In this document: piece by piece, positions 1 to 15,080 of the stretch
Numbering within the stretch: the first letter of the stretch is position 1
How the letters are laid out: each line of letters starts with the position of its first letter
Source of the DNA: Balanoglossus misakiensis
Lineage: Eukaryota > Animalia > Hemichordata
Length of the DNA: 64,000 bases
Direction: 5' to 3'
Assembly (NCBI GenBank): GCA_040954595.2
Contig: CM082590.2
Coordinates: forward strand, 1,860,001-1,924,000
The notes under the pieces: model-generated
What the model saw: only the letters and a program-made list of their open reading frames with translations
What the model was told of the DNA's origin: nothing
Databases searched by the model: none
Translations under genes and position numbers: made by a program

Positions 1-3000
1 ACACTGAATCTGAGTCTTTGCATCAGGGCAGATTGTGAAACATGCTTGATGATGCATTAGGGTCAATAGTTATGGAAACACTGCACAATGACATGGGTAT
101 TTAATGCATACACATTGATATTTACAGTTGACTGTAAATCCCGAGGTTAATACATGGCCAAAAGCACTGTAATTTAAAATTACTAATGCAAGGGTGACAT
201 TGAATATGGGTAAATGGTGAAGCAAACGTGATGATGCATCAGGATAGATGGTGTTTGAAGCCCTTCACATTGACTTTTGAATAAAATGCATATGGGGATT
301 TAAAGTTGATTGTAAATCCCTAGGTTAATACGTGGCCATAAACACTGTAATTTGACATTGCTAATTGAACGATGGCATTGAATCAGATTCTTTGCATCAG
401 GGTAAATGGCGATGCCTGCTTGATGATGCATCCCGGTAGATAGTGATGCAAACACTTCACTTTGACATGGGTATTAAATGAATATGGGGATTAAAAGTTG
501 ACTGAAAATCCCTGGGTTAAGGGAGCATTCGTTTTTTACAGGGAGGGGGGGGGGGGCGGTGGAATTTGAGTCGCCGACTAAATGTAAAAGGCAACCCCCC
601 CTGGAAATTACTTTTCTAAAATGTGACCCCCCCCCCCCCCAAAAAAAAAAGTTTATCCACCGGATTAAACTTATCAAACTTTGTCAGATATTGGTGTATG
701 TTCGACATACCACATAATCAACCATGAAACCTAGTTCCTTGATTTCCAAGTAGTGCATTGTCTGCCTGATCTTGTTACGTGAAAGAGTTCATTTTCAATG
801 TCGCCGCTATCACTTTCTGAGTCACTTTCCGCTGAATCACCTAGTTCAACTATCACTACATGTTCATCTTCTGGTTCACTGTCCTCGTCCAAGTTATCCT
901 CTTCATCCTCCTGCTCATCCTCCTCTTTTACCTCTGATGGTTTACTCTGAGACTTTCCAGAGTTGTTTGACACAGTTTCCGGCCAATGTGCGCTTCAACT
1001 ATTTTCAGTTTGTCTTTTTTCAGCATCTTTTTCTCTGTTGTCAATTTATGTCTGTTCATTTACATGTCTACTGAACATTGTTTTTATTTTTTAAGTATTT
1101 GTATTCTGTGTTGGGAGACATTGTAAACCGAGAATTGAAGGGGGTGGGTTTGGGAGGGGGTGTCCCCCTCCCACGTAAGAAAATTTTATAAAATACAGAG
1201 CTCAAAGCTGCATTTTAATGAACCCAGCAAAAGCAAATTAACGTCGCCGCTCAAAGTTATCATGGGGTGGGGGCAAGTCCCCTGACCTGGGACACTAGAT
1301 AAACCAGTCAATGATTGAAAGGTGTTGATGAATGGAGGGGGTGGGTGTGGGAGGGGGTGTCCCCCTCCCACATTAGAATTTTTTTTAAAATAAAGGACGC
1401 GAAACTGCATTTTTGTGGACTCAAAATAAATATTTAGCCGTCAAAGTTTTCAAGTCCCCCCCCCCTTTCAGTCCCTATATAATAATCCCTTGATTATAAA
1501 ATTTGTCCCCCCCTAAAAACTGCTTTGTAAAAGTAAACCCCCCCCCCCCTGATTTCCACCGGCCCCCCCTCCCTGTAAAAAACGAATGCTCCCTAATACA
1601 AGTCCAAAAGCACTGAAATTTGACATAGCTAATACAATGGTGACATTGAATGTGATTCTTTGCATTAGGGAAAATGGCGTAGCAAGCCTAATGATGCATC
1701 AGTGTAGATGGTGATCCAAGCTCTGCGCTTTGACATACGTATTTAATGCATATGCATGGGTATTTAATGTTGACTGTAAATCCCTAGGTTAATACATGGC
1801 CATAAGTACTGTAATTTGACATTGCTGATGCTACTGTGATACTAAATCTGATTCTTTGCATCAGGGAAAATGGTGAAGCAGGCTTGATGATGCATCAGGA
1901 TAGATGATGTTTCAAGCCCTTCACATTGACATTGGAATGTAATTCATATGGGGATTTCAAGTTGATTATAAATCCCTTGGTTAATATGTGGCCGAAAGCA
2001 CTTTTATTTGCCATTGCTAATGCTATGGTGACACTAAATCTGATTCTTTGCATCAGGGAAAAGGGTGAAGCAAGCTTGATGATACATCCGTATAGATGGT
2101 GTTTAAAGCCGTTCAATTTAACATTGCAATATAATGCATAAGGGGATTTAAAGTTGATTGTAAACCCCCAAGTTAATACATAGCCAAAAGCACTGTAATT
2201 TGACATTGCTAATGCTACTGTGATACTAAATTTGATTCTTTGCATCAGGGTTAATGGTGAAACAAACTTGATGATGCATCAGGGTAGATGGTCTTTCAAG
2301 CCCTTCACATTGACATGGGAATATAATGCATATGGGGATTTAAAGTTGATTGTAAATCGCCAGGTTAATACATGGCCAAAAGCACTGTAATTTAAAATTG
2401 CTAATGCAATGGTGACATTGAATGTGATTCTTTGCATAAGGGGAAATGGCGTAGCAAGCCTAATGGTGCATCAGAGTAGATGGTGATGTAAGCTCTGCAC
2501 TTTGACATAGGTATTTAATGCATATGCATGGGTATTTAATGTTGACTATAAATCCTCAGGTTAATACGTGGCCATAAGCACTGTAATTTGACATTGCTAA
2601 TGCAACGATGACATTGAATCTGATTCTTTGCATCAGGGTAAATGGCGATGCCTGCTTGATGATGCATCCCGGTAGATAGTGATGCAAACACTTCACTTTG
2701 ACATGGGTATTAAATGAATATGGGGATTAAAAGTTGACTGAAAATCCCTGGGTTAATACAAGTCCAAAAGCACTGAAATTTGACATAGCTAATACAATGG
2801 TGACATTGAATGTGATTCTTTGCATTAGGGAAAATGGCGTAGCAAGCCTAATGATGCATCAGTGTAGATGGTGATCCAAGCTCTGCGCTTTGACATACGT
2901 ATTTAATGCATATGCATGGGTATTTAATGTTGACTGTAAATCCCTAGGTTAATACATGGCCATAAGTACTGTAATTTGACATTGCTGATGCTACTGTGAT

Positions 3001-6000
3001 ACTAAATCTGATTCTTTGCATCAGGGAAAATGGTGAAGCAGGCTTGATGATGCATCAGGATAGATGGTGTTTCAAGCCCTTCACATTGACATTGGAATGT
3101 AATTCATATAGGGATTTCAAGTTGATTATAAATCCCTGGGTTAATATGTGGCCGAAAGCACTTTTATTTGCCATTGCTAATGCTATGGTGACACTAAATC
3201 TGATTCTTTGCATCAGGGAAAAGGGTGAAGCAAGCTTGATGATACATCCGTATAGATGGTGTTTAAAGCCATTCAATTTAACATTGCAATATAATGCATA
3301 AGGGGATTTAAAGTTGATTGTAAACCCCCAAGTTAATACATAGCCAAAAGCACTGTAATTTGACATTGCTAATGCTACTGTGATACTAAATTTGATTCTT
3401 TGCATCAGGGTTAATGGTGAAACAAACTTGATGATGCATCAGGGTAGATGGTCTTTCAAGCCCTTCACATTGACATGGGAATATAATGCATATGGGGATT
3501 TAAAGTTGATTGTAAATCGCCAGGTTAATACATGGCCAAAAGCACTGTAATTTAAAATTGCTAATGCAATGGTGACATTGAATGTGATTCTTTGCATAAG
3601 GGGAAATGGCGTAGCAAGCCTAATGGTGCATCAGAGTAGATGGTGATGTAAGCTCTGCACTTTGACATAGGTATTTAATGCATATGCATGGGTATTTAAT
3701 GTTGACTATAAATCCTCAGGTTAATACGTGGCCATAAGCACTATAATTTGACATTGCTAATGCAACGATGACATTGAATCTGATTCTTTGCATCAGGGTA
3801 AATGGCGATGCCTGCTTGATGATGCATCCCGGTAGATAGTGATGCAAACACTTCACTTTGACATGGGTATTAAATGAATATGGGGATTAAAAGTTGACTG
3901 AAAATCCCTGGGTTAATACAAGTCCAAAAGCATTGAAATTTGACATAGCTAATACAATGGTGACATTGAATGTGATTCTTTGCATTAGGGAAAATGGCGT
4001 AGCAAGCCTAATGATGCATCAGTGTAGATGGTGATCCAAGCTCTGCGCTTTGACATACGTATTTAATGCATATGCATGGGTATTTAATGTTGACTGTAAA
4101 TCCCTAGGTTAATACATGGCCATAAGTACTGTAATTTGACATTGCTGATGCTACTGTGATACTAAATCTGATTCTTTGCATCAGGGAAAATGGTGAAGCA
4201 GGCTTGATGATGCATCAGGATAGATGGTGTTTCAAGCCCTTCACATTGACATTGGAATGTAATTCATATGGGGATTTCAAGTTGACTATATATCCCTTGG
4301 TTAATATGTGGCCGAAAGCACTTTTATTTGCCATTGCTAATGCTATGGTGACACTAAATCTGATTCTTTGCATCAGGGAAAATGGTGAAGCAAGCTTAAT
4401 GATACATCCGTATAGATGGTGTTTAAAGCCGTTCAATTTAACATTGCAATATAATGCATAAGGGGATTTAAAGTTGATTGTAAACCCCTAAGTTAATACA
4501 TAGCCAAAAGCACTGTAATTTGACATTGCTAATGCTACTGTGATACTAAATTTGATTCTTTGCATCAGGGTTAATGGTGAAACAAACTTGATGATGCATC
4601 AGGGTAGATGGTCTTTCAAGCCCTTCACATTGACATGGGAATATAATGCATATGGGGATTTAAAGTTGATTGTAAATCGCCAGGTTAATACATTGACAAA
4701 AGCACTGTAATTTGACATGGCTAATGCTACTGTGATACTAAATCTGATTCTTTGCATCACGGTTAATGGCGAAACAAACTTGATGATGCATCAGGATAAA
4801 TGGTGATGGAGACACTGCACTTTGACATGCGTATTTAATGCATATGCACTGATGTTTAAAGTTGACTGTAAATCGCCAGGTTAATACGTGGCCAAAAGCA
4901 CAGTAATTTGACATTGCGAATGCAACAGTGACATTTAATCTGATTCTTTGCATTAGGGCAAATGGCGAAGCACGCTTGATGATGCATTACTGTAGATAGT
5001 GATGCAAACACTTCGCTTTGACATGGGTATAAAAAGCATATGGGGATTTCAAGTTGATTATAAATCCTGAGGTTAATACATGGCCAAAAGCACTGTAATT
5101 TGACATTGCTAATGCAATGGTGACATTGAATCTGATTCTTTGCATCAGTGTAAATGGCGAAGTATGCTTGATGATGCATCATGGTAGATTGTGATGCAAA
5201 CACTTCGCTTAGAAATAGGAATAAAATACATATGGGGATTTCAAGTTGATTACAAATCCTTGGGTTAATACATGGCCAAAAGCACTGTAATTTGACATTG
5301 TTAATACAACGGTGACATTTAATCTGATTCTTTGCATCAGGGCAAATTATGAAGCAAGCTTAATGATGCATCAGAGTACATGGTGATGCAAGCTATGCAC
5401 TTTGACATACAAATTTAATGCATATGCATGGGTATTTAATGTTGACTATAAATCCTCAGGTTAATACGTGGCCATAAGCACTATAATTTGACATTGCTAA
5501 TGCAACGATGACATTGAATCTGATTCTTTGCATCAGGGTAAATGGCGATGCAAGCTTGATGATGCATCACGGTAGATAGTGATGCAAACACTTCACTTTG
5601 TCATGGGTATTAAATACATATGGGGATTTCAAGTTGATTACAAATCCCTGGGTTAATACATGGCCAAAAGCACTGTAATTTGACATTGCTAATACAACGG
5701 TGACATTTAATCTGATTCTTTGCATCAGGGCAAATTGTGAAGCAAGCTTAATGATGCATCGGAGTATATGGTGATGCAAGCTATGCACTTTGACATACAA
5801 ATTTAATGCATATGCATGGGTATTTAATGTTGACTGTAAATTCCCAGGTTAATACGTGGCCAAAAGCACTGTAATTTGACATTGCTAATGCTACTGTGAC
5901 ACTAAATCTGATTCTTTGCATAGGGTATATTGTGAAGCAAGCTTGATGATGCATCAGGATAGATGGTGTTTCAAGCCCTTCACATTGACATTGGAATATA

Positions 6001-9000
6001 ACGCATATGGGGATTTAAAGTTGATTGTAAATACCCAGGTTAATACATGGCCAAAAGCACTGTAATTTAAAATTGCTAATGCAATGGTGACATTGAATGT
6101 GATTCTTTGCATTAGGGGAAATGGCGTAGCAAGCCTAATAGTGCATCAGAGTAGATGGTGATGCAAGCTCTGCACTTTGACATAGGTATTTAATGCATAT
6201 GCATGTGTATTTAATGTTGACTATAAATCCTCAGGTGAATACATGGCCATAAGCACTATAATTTGACATTGCTAATGAAATGGTGACACTGAATCTGATT
6301 CTTTGCATCAGGGCAGATTGTGAAACATGCTTGATGATACATTAGGGTCAATAGTGATGGAAACACTGCACTATGACATGGGTAATTAATGCATACGCAT
6401 TGATATTTACAGTTGACTTTAAATCCCGAGGTTAATACATGGCCAAAAGCACTGTAATTTAAAATTACTAATGCAAGGGTGACATTGAATATGGGTAAAT
6501 GGTGAAACAAACGTGATGATGCATCAGGATAGATGGTGTTTCAAGCCCTTCACATTGACTTTTGAATAAAATGCATATGGGGATTTAAAGTTGATTGTAA
6601 ATCCCTAGGTTATTATATGGCCAAAAGCAATTTTATTTGACATTGCTAATTGAACGATGGCATTGAATCAGATTCTTTGCATCGGGGTAAACGGCGATGT
6701 AAGCTTGATGATGCATCACGGTAGATAGTGATGCAAACACTTCACTTTGACATGAGTATTAAATGCATATGCATGGGTATTTAATGTTGACTGTAAATCC
6801 CCAGGTTAATACGTGGCCAAAAGCACTGTAATTTGACATTGCTAATGCTACCGTGACACTAAATCTGATTCTTTGCATTAGGGTATATTGTGAAACAAAC
6901 TTGATGATGCATCAGGATAGATGGTGTTTCAAGCCCTTCACATTGACATTGGAATATAACGCATATGGGGATTTAAAGTTGATTGTAAATACCCAGGTTA
7001 ATACATGGCCAAAAGCACTGTAATTTAAAATTGCTAATGCAATGGTGACATTGAATGTGATTCTTTTTATTAGGGGAAATGGCGTAGCAAGCCTAATAGT
7101 GCATCAGAGTAGATGGTGATGCAAGCTCTGCACTTTGACATAGGTATTTAATGCATATGCATGTGTATTTAATGTTGACTATAAATCCTCAGGTGAATAC
7201 ATGGCCATAAGCACTATAATTTGACATTGCTAATGAAATGGTGACACTGAATCTGATTCTTTGCATCAGGGCAGATTGTGAAACATGCTTGATGATGCAT
7301 TAGGGTCAATAGTGATGGAAACACTGCACTATGACATGGGTATTTAATGCATACACATTGGTATTTACAGTTGACTGTGAATCCCGAGGTTAATACATGG
7401 CCAAAAGCACTGTAATTTAAAATTACTAATGCAAGGGTGACATTGAATATGGGTAAATGGTGAAGCAAACGTGATGATGCATCGGGATAGATGGTGTTTG
7501 AAGCCCTTCACATTGACTTTTGAATAAAATGCATATGGGGATTTAAAGTTGATTGTAAATCCCTAGGTTAATACGTGGCCATAAACACTGTAATTTGACA
7601 TTGCTAATTGAACGATGGCATTGAATCAGATTCTTTGCATCAGGGTAAATGGCGATGCCTGCTTGATGATGCATCCCGGTAGATAGTGAGGCAAACACTT
7701 CACTTTGACATGGGTATTAAATGAATATGGGGATTAAAAGTTGACTGAAAATCCCTGGGTTAATACAAGTCCAAAAGCACTGAAATTTGACATAGCTAAT
7801 ACAATGGTGACATTGAATGTGATTCTTTGCATTAGGGAAAATGGCGTAGCAAGCCTAATGATGCATCAGTGTAGATGGTGATCCAAGCTCTGCGCTTTGA
7901 CATACGTATTTAATGCATATGCATGGGTATTTAATGTTGACTGTAAATCCCTAGGTTAATACATGGCCATAAGTACTGTAATTTGACATTGCTGATGCTA
8001 CTGTGATACTAAATCTGATTCTTTGCATCAGGGAAAATGGTGAAGCAGGCTTGATGATGCATCAGGATAGATGATGTTTCAAGCCCTTCACATTGACATT
8101 GGAATGTAATTCATATGGGGATTTCAAGTTGATTATAAATCCCTTGGTTAATATGTGGCCGAAAGCACTTTTATTTGCCATTGCTAATGCTATGGTGACA
8201 CTAAATCTGATTCTTTGCATCAGGGAAAAGGGTGAAGCAAGCTTGATGATACATCCGTATAGAACGTGTTTAAAGCCGTTCAATTTAACATTGCAATATA
8301 ATGCATAAGGGGATTTAAAGTTGATTGTAAACCCCCAAGTTAATACATAGCCAAAAGCACTGTAATTTGACATTGCTAATGCTACTGTGATACTAAATTT
8401 GATTCTTTGCATCAGGGTTAATGGTGAAACAAACTTGATGATGCATCAGGGTAGATGGTCTTTCAAGCCCTTCACATTGACATGGGAATATAATGCATAT
8501 GGGGATTTAAAGTTGATTGTAAATCGCCAGGTTAATACATGGCCAAAAGCACTGTAATTTAAAATTGCTAATGCAATGGTGACATTGAATGTGATTCTTT
8601 GCATAAGGGAAATGGCGTAGCAAGCCTAATGGTGCATCAGAGTAGATGGTGATGTAAGCTCTGCACTTTGACATAGGTATTTAATGCATATGCATGGGTA
8701 TTTAATGTTGACTATAAATCCTCAGGTTAATACATGGCCATAAGCACTGTAATTTGACATTGCTAATGCAACAATGACATTGAATCTGATTCTTTGCATC
8801 AGGGTAAATGGCGATGCCTGCTTGATGATGCATCCCGGTAGATAGTGATGCAAACACTTCACTTTGACATGGGTATTAAATGAATATGGGGATTAAAAGT
8901 TGACTGAAAATCCCTGGGTTAATACAAGTCCAAAAGCACTGAAATTTGACATAGCTAATACAATGGTGACATTGAATGTGATTCTTTGCATTAGGGAAAA

Positions 9001-12000
9001 TGGCGTAGCAAGCCTAATGATGCATCAGTGTAGATGGTGATCCAAGCTCTGCGCTTTGACATACGTATTTAATGCATATGCATGGGTATTTAATGTTGAC
9101 TGTAAATCCCTAGGTTAATACATGGCCATAAGTACTGTAATTTGACATTGCTGATGCTACTGTGATACTAAATCTGATTCTTTGCATCAGGGAAAATGGT
9201 GAAGCAGGCTTGATGATGCATCAGGATAGATGGTGTTTCAAGCCCTTCACATTGACATTGGAATGTAATTCATATGGGGATTTCAAGTTGACTATATATC
9301 CCTTGGTTAATATGTGGCCGAAAGCACTTTTATTTGCCATTGCTAATGCTATGGTGACACTAAATCTGATTCTTTGCATCAGGGAAAATGGTGAAGCAAG
9401 CTTGATGATACATCCGTATAGATGGTGTTTAAAGCCGTTCAATTTAACATTGCAATATAATGCATAAGGGGATTTAAAGTTGATTGTAAACCCCTAAGTT
9501 AATACATAGCCAAAAGCACTGTAATTTGACATTGCTAATGCTACTGTGATACTAAATTTGATTCTTTGCATCAGGGTTAATGGTGAAACAAACTTGATGA
9601 TGCATCAGGGTAGATGGTCTTTCAAGCCCTTCACATTGACATGGGAATATAATGCATATGGGGATTTAAAGTTGATTGTAAATCGCCAGGTTAATACATT
9701 GACAAAAGCACTGTAATTTGACATGGCTAATGCTACTGTGATACTAAATCTGATTCTTTGCATCACGGTTAATGGCGAAACAAACTTGATGATGCATCAG
9801 GATAAATGGTGATGGAGACACTGCACTTTGACATGCGTATTTAATGCATATGCACTGATGTTTAAAGTTGACTGTAAATCGCCAGGTTAATACGTGGCCA
9901 AAAGCACAGTAATTTGACATTGCGAATGCAACAGTGACATTTAATCTGATTCTTTGCATTAGGGCAAATGGCGAAGCACGCTTGATGATGCATTACTGTA
10001 GATAGTGATGCAAACACTTCGCTTTGACATGGGTATAAAAAGCATATGGGGATTTCAAGTTGATTATAAATCCTGAGGTTAATACATGGCCAAAAGCACT
10101 GTAATTTGACATTGCTAATGCAATGGTGACATTGAATCTGATTCTTTGCATCAGTGTAAATGGCGAAGTATGCTTGATGATGCATCATGGTAGATTGTGA
10201 TGCAAACACTTCGCTTAGAAATAGGAATAAAATACATATGGGGATTTCAAGTTGATTACAAATCCTTGGGTTAATACATGGCCAAAAGCACTGTAATTTG
10301 ACATTGTTAATACAACGGTGACATTTAATCTGATTCTTTGCATCAGGGCAAATTATGAAGCAAGCTTAATGATGCATCGGAGTATATGGTGATGCAAGCT
10401 ATGCACTTTGACATACAAATTTAATGCATATGCATGGGTATTTAATGTTGACTGTAAATCCCCAGGTTAATACGTGGCCAAAAGCACTGTAATTTGACAT
10501 TGCTAATGCTACTGTGATACTAAATTTGATTCTTGGCATCAGGGTTAATGGTGAAACAAACTTGATGATGCATCAGGGTAGATGGTCTTTCAAGCCCTTC
10601 ACATTAACATTGGAATATAACGCATATGGGGATTTAAAGTTGATTGTAAATCCCCAGGTTAATACATGGCCAAAAGCACTGTAATTTAAAATTGCTAATG
10701 CAATGGTGACATTGAATGTGATTATTTGCATTAGGGGAAATGGCGTAGCAAGTCTAATAGTGCATCAGAGTAGATGGTGATGCAAGCTCTGCACTTTGAC
10801 ATAGGTATTTTATGCATATGCATGTGTATTTAATGTTGACTATAAATCCTCAGGTGAATACATGGCCATAAGCACTATAATTTGACATTGCTAATGAAAT
10901 GGTGACACTGAATCTGATTCTTTGCATCAGGGCAGATTGTGAAACATGCTTGATGATGCATTAGGGTCAATAGTGATGGAAACACTGCACTATGACATGG
11001 GTATTTAATGCATACACATTGGTATTTACAGTTGACTGTGAATCCCGAGGTTAATACATGGCCAAAAGCACTGTAATTTAAAATTACTAATGCAAGGGTG
11101 ACATTGAATATGGGTAAATGGTGAAGCAAACGTGATGATGCATCAGGATAGATGGTGTTTCAAGCCCTTCACATTGACTTTTGAATAAAATGCATATGGG
11201 GATTTAAAGTTGATTGTAAATCTCTAGGTTAATACATGGCCAAAAGCAATTTTATTTGACATTGCTAATGCTACCGTGACACTAAACCTGATTCTTTGCA
11301 TCAGGGTAAATGGCGATGCAAGCTTGATGATGCATCACGGTAGATAGTGATGCAAACACTTCACTTTGACATGGGTATTAAATGCATATGCATGGGGATT
11401 TCAAGTTGATTACAAATCCCTGGGTTAATACATGGCCAAAAGCACTGTAATTTGACATTGCTAATGCTACCGTGACACTAAACCTGATTCTTTGCATTAG
11501 GGTAAATTGTGAAGCAAGCGTGATGATGCATCAGGATAGATGGTGTTTCAAGCCCTTCACATTGACATTGGAATATAACGCATATGGGGATTTAAAGTTG
11601 ATTGTAAATACCCAGGTTAATACATGGCCAAAAGCACTGTAATTTTAAATTGCTAATGCAATGGTGACATTGAATGTGATTCTTTGCATTAGGGGAAATG
11701 GCGTAGCAAGCCTAATGTTGCATCAGAGTAGATGGTGATGCAAGCTCTGCACTTTGACATAGGTATTTAATGCATATGCATGGGTATTTAATGTTGACTA
11801 TAAATCATCAGGTTAATACGTGGCCATAAGTACTGTAATTTGACATTGCTAATGCAATGATGACATTGAATCTGATTCTTTGCATCAGGGTAAATGGCGA
11901 TGCCTGCTTGATGATGCATCCCGGTAGATAGTAATGCAAACACTTCACTTTGACATGGGTATTAAATGCATATGGGGATTAAAAGTTGACTGAAAATCCC

Positions 12001-13592
12001 TGGGTTTATACAAGTCCAAAAGCACTGAAATTTGACATAGCTAATACAATGGTGACATTGAATGTGATTCTTTGCATTAGGGGAAATGACGTAGCAAGCC
12101 TAATGATGCATCAGTGTAGATGGTGATCCAAGCACTGCGCTTTGACATACGTATTTAATGCATATGCATGGGTATTTAATGTTGACTGTAAATCCCTAGT
12201 TTAATACATGGCCATAAGTACTGTAATTTGACATTGCTGATGCTACTGTGGTACTAAATCTGATTCTTTGCATCAGGGAAAATGGTGAAGCAGGCTTGAT
12301 GATGCATCAGGATAGATGGTGTTTCAAGCCCTTCAGATTGACATTGGAATGTAATTCATATGGGGATTTCAAGTTGATTATAAATCCCTTGGTTAATATG
12401 TGGCCGAAAGCACTTTTATTTGCCATTGCTAATGCTATGGTGACACTAAATCTGATTATTTGCATCAGGGAAAATGGTAAAGCAAGCTTGATGATACATC
12501 CGTATAGATGGTGTTTAAAGCCGTTCAATTTAACATTGCAATATAATGCATAAGGGGATTTAAAGTTGATTGTAAACCCCCAAGTTAATACATAGCCAAA
12601 AGCACTGTAATTTGACATTGCTAATGCTACTGTGATACTAAATTTGATTCTTTTCATCAGGGTTAATGGTGAAACAAACTTGATGATGCATCAGGGTAGA
12701 TGGTCTTTCAAGCCCTTCACATTGACATGGGAATATAATGCATATGGGGATTTAAAGTTGATTGTAAATTGCCAGTTTAATACATTGCCAAAAGCACTGT
12801 AATTTAACATGGCTAATGCTACTGTGATACGTATCTGATTCTTTGCATCACGGTTAATGGCAAAACAAACTTGATGATGCATCAGGATAAATGGTGATGG
12901 AGACACTGCAGTTTGGCATGCGTATTTAATGCATATGCAGTGATGTTTAAAGTTGACTGTAAATCGCCAGGTTAATACGTGGCCAAAAACACAGTAATTT
13001 GACATTGCGAATGCAACAGTGACATTTAATCTGATTCTTTGCATTAGGGCAAATGGCGAAGCACGCTTGATGATGCATTACTGTAGATAGTGATGCAAAC
13101 ACTTCGCTTTGACATGGGTATAAAAAGCATATGGGGATTTCAAGTTGATTATAAATCCCAAGGTTAATACATGGTCAAAAGCACTGTAATTTGACATTGC
13201 TAATACAATGGTGACATTGAATCTGATTCTTTGCATCAGTGTAAATGGCGAAGTATGCTTGATGATGCATCATGGTAGATTGTGATGCAAACACTTCGCT
13301 TAGAAATAGGAATAAAATGCATATGAGGATTTCAAGTAGATTATAAATCCCTGTGTTAATACGTGTCCAAAAGCACTGTAATTTGACATTGCTAATGCAA
13401 TGGTGACACTATATCTGATTCTTTGCATCAGGGTAAATGACGAAGCTTGATGATGCATCAGGGTAGATGGTGATGCACGCTCTGCACTTTGACATGGGAA
13501 TTAAATGCATGCTGAGGGGATTTTAAGTTGTCTGTAAATCCCCAGGTTGATATGTGGCCAGAAGCACTGTAATTTGACATTTCTAATGATGG
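1..13592. repeat. Satellite array with 192/196-bp monomers and higher-order repeats
   Basis: The motif GATTCTTTGCAT recurs at 1654, 1850, 2042, 2234, 2426, 2622 and 2814 (spacings 196,192,192,192,196,192 = 1160-bp 6-mer). Near-identical blocks also recur at offsets of 958, 5006 and 6167 bp. Confidence 0.97.
521..1593. mobile_element. Non-autonomous PIF/Harbinger-type DNA transposon inserted in the satellite
   Basis: Terminal inverted repeats (TIRs) GGGAGCATTCGTTTTTTACAGGGAGGGGGG / CCCCCCTCCCTGTAAAAAACGAATGCTCCC. TAA TSD at 518-520 and 1594-1596. The empty site GGTTAATACAAGTCC is present in sister monomers (e.g. ~2751, ~7758). Confidence 0.9.
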
Positions 13593-13599
13593 TGAGATG

Positions 13600-13730
13600 T
13601 TGTTTGCTCCTCAGGGAGTTGAATGGAATATTTAGGTCCAACGACCTGGGTCAAATGACCATGGGACAACTTTAAAGCATGTTGAGATTTAATGTGCTAC
13701 ATAAGTTATAAATATTATATTAATATTATT
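13600..13730 (+). mobile_element. Degenerate SINE/L2-type 3' end
   Basis: CTCCTCAGGGAGTTGAATGG...TTTAAAGCATGTTGAG...GTGCTACATAAG followed by a degenerate (TAT)n tail resembles L2-derived 3' tails of invertebrate SINEs. It lies at the satellite boundary. Confidence 0.4.
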
Positions 13731-15080
13731 ACATAAACAACACTCTTACTTAGCTAAGGAAGTGGTCAGGTGAAAAATATTTGCAGAGCTGACCAATTAT
13801 TTAAGGAATATTAAAGTTGGGTAATTTGGACGTATTCATACGAGTGTTGGTCAATGATAGAAAAGTCCTGTGTTCATTTTCAAAATGGCAACCAAAAATG
13901 CGAACAAAACACACTGAATTATGTACGGGATATTGGTGTTGCCTAATTTGCGTGTCTCCACATTTACTTAAACTCTCACAGGGAGACAAATGTCACAGCA
14001 TACGGAAAACTGACTATGCTACACACAACACTTTTATTGATCATGGAAAATGTTCATGAGAATTGTGTTATGGTACTTTTCGGGGATCATGAACTGTGTT
14101 ATGGGAAATCTGACAAGGAATCTAAACTGTACCACATACACAACACTTTTATTAAGCGTGGGAAAGGGTCCTGAGAACAATATTCTCAGAGTTGACAAAC
14201 TGTGTTATCTGCGTTATATTGATGTTGTCTAATTTACACGCCTGTACATTTATTTATACTCTGACTTTGAGCTTAATAAGGCAGCGCCTGCTAAGGTCAG
14301 TTTGCCACGTACACTTTTAATTAGCATAGATAATGATCATGATAACTTCATTTTCAGAGCTGAAAAACTGTGTTATGTGAAATTCATGTTGCCTATTTCA
14401 TGATAATGGCTTGTGGTACACAAGGGTTAACAGCAGCAATTGCTTGTAAGATAGGTATGATGATCGATTTACAAATTTCAATGGTATAATAATGGGCTAC
14501 ACACTTGGAAGTGTTTAATAAACAGTTAACTGATGTGGTGATGGTTTGTGGTAAAATTGAGGGTACACAGATTATAATGTGCAAAACAATGAATATAATA
14601 GAGGTTGATGATGGTGAAGGGTTTCATGTGAATGATGTAATAAAGGTTAACAAATGTGGTGATAGCTTTGGTGTACAGGGCTGTTCATATCTTTAGTAAT
14701 GACAAAGGTATAATAATGATAAAAGCTTACATAAGTGTTGGGGCACAATCTTCATGATGGTTCATTCATTGGTTAATGTGTATATTTTATTAATATCATG
14801 CTATTGTTTATCAGTTAGATCATAATCAGGGTTTTTCCATGCACATCGTCGTCATGATTCAGCGGAATTCTTCTGAATAGTACCTGTGATCATTTTTGCG
14901 CACTGACGCATTGTACGTGACAGACATGCAGAAAATATTAACATGTAACTCACAGGCATAATGTTAAATCTAAACGACTATATGTTAGGTTAATTTTACC
15001 TCCCCACGTAACCCATCCTAATTCCAAATTTAGCTTGATGTAAGGTTTTTGGGTAGTACCGATTGGGAAACTTACAAGGT

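Noticed and set aside
1895-13044. Repeated 70-117-aa ORFs on both strands of the satellite
   Set aside because: They arise because 192 is divisible by 3. The 196-bp monomers shift frame, stops are frequent, and no protein repeat family is recognisable.
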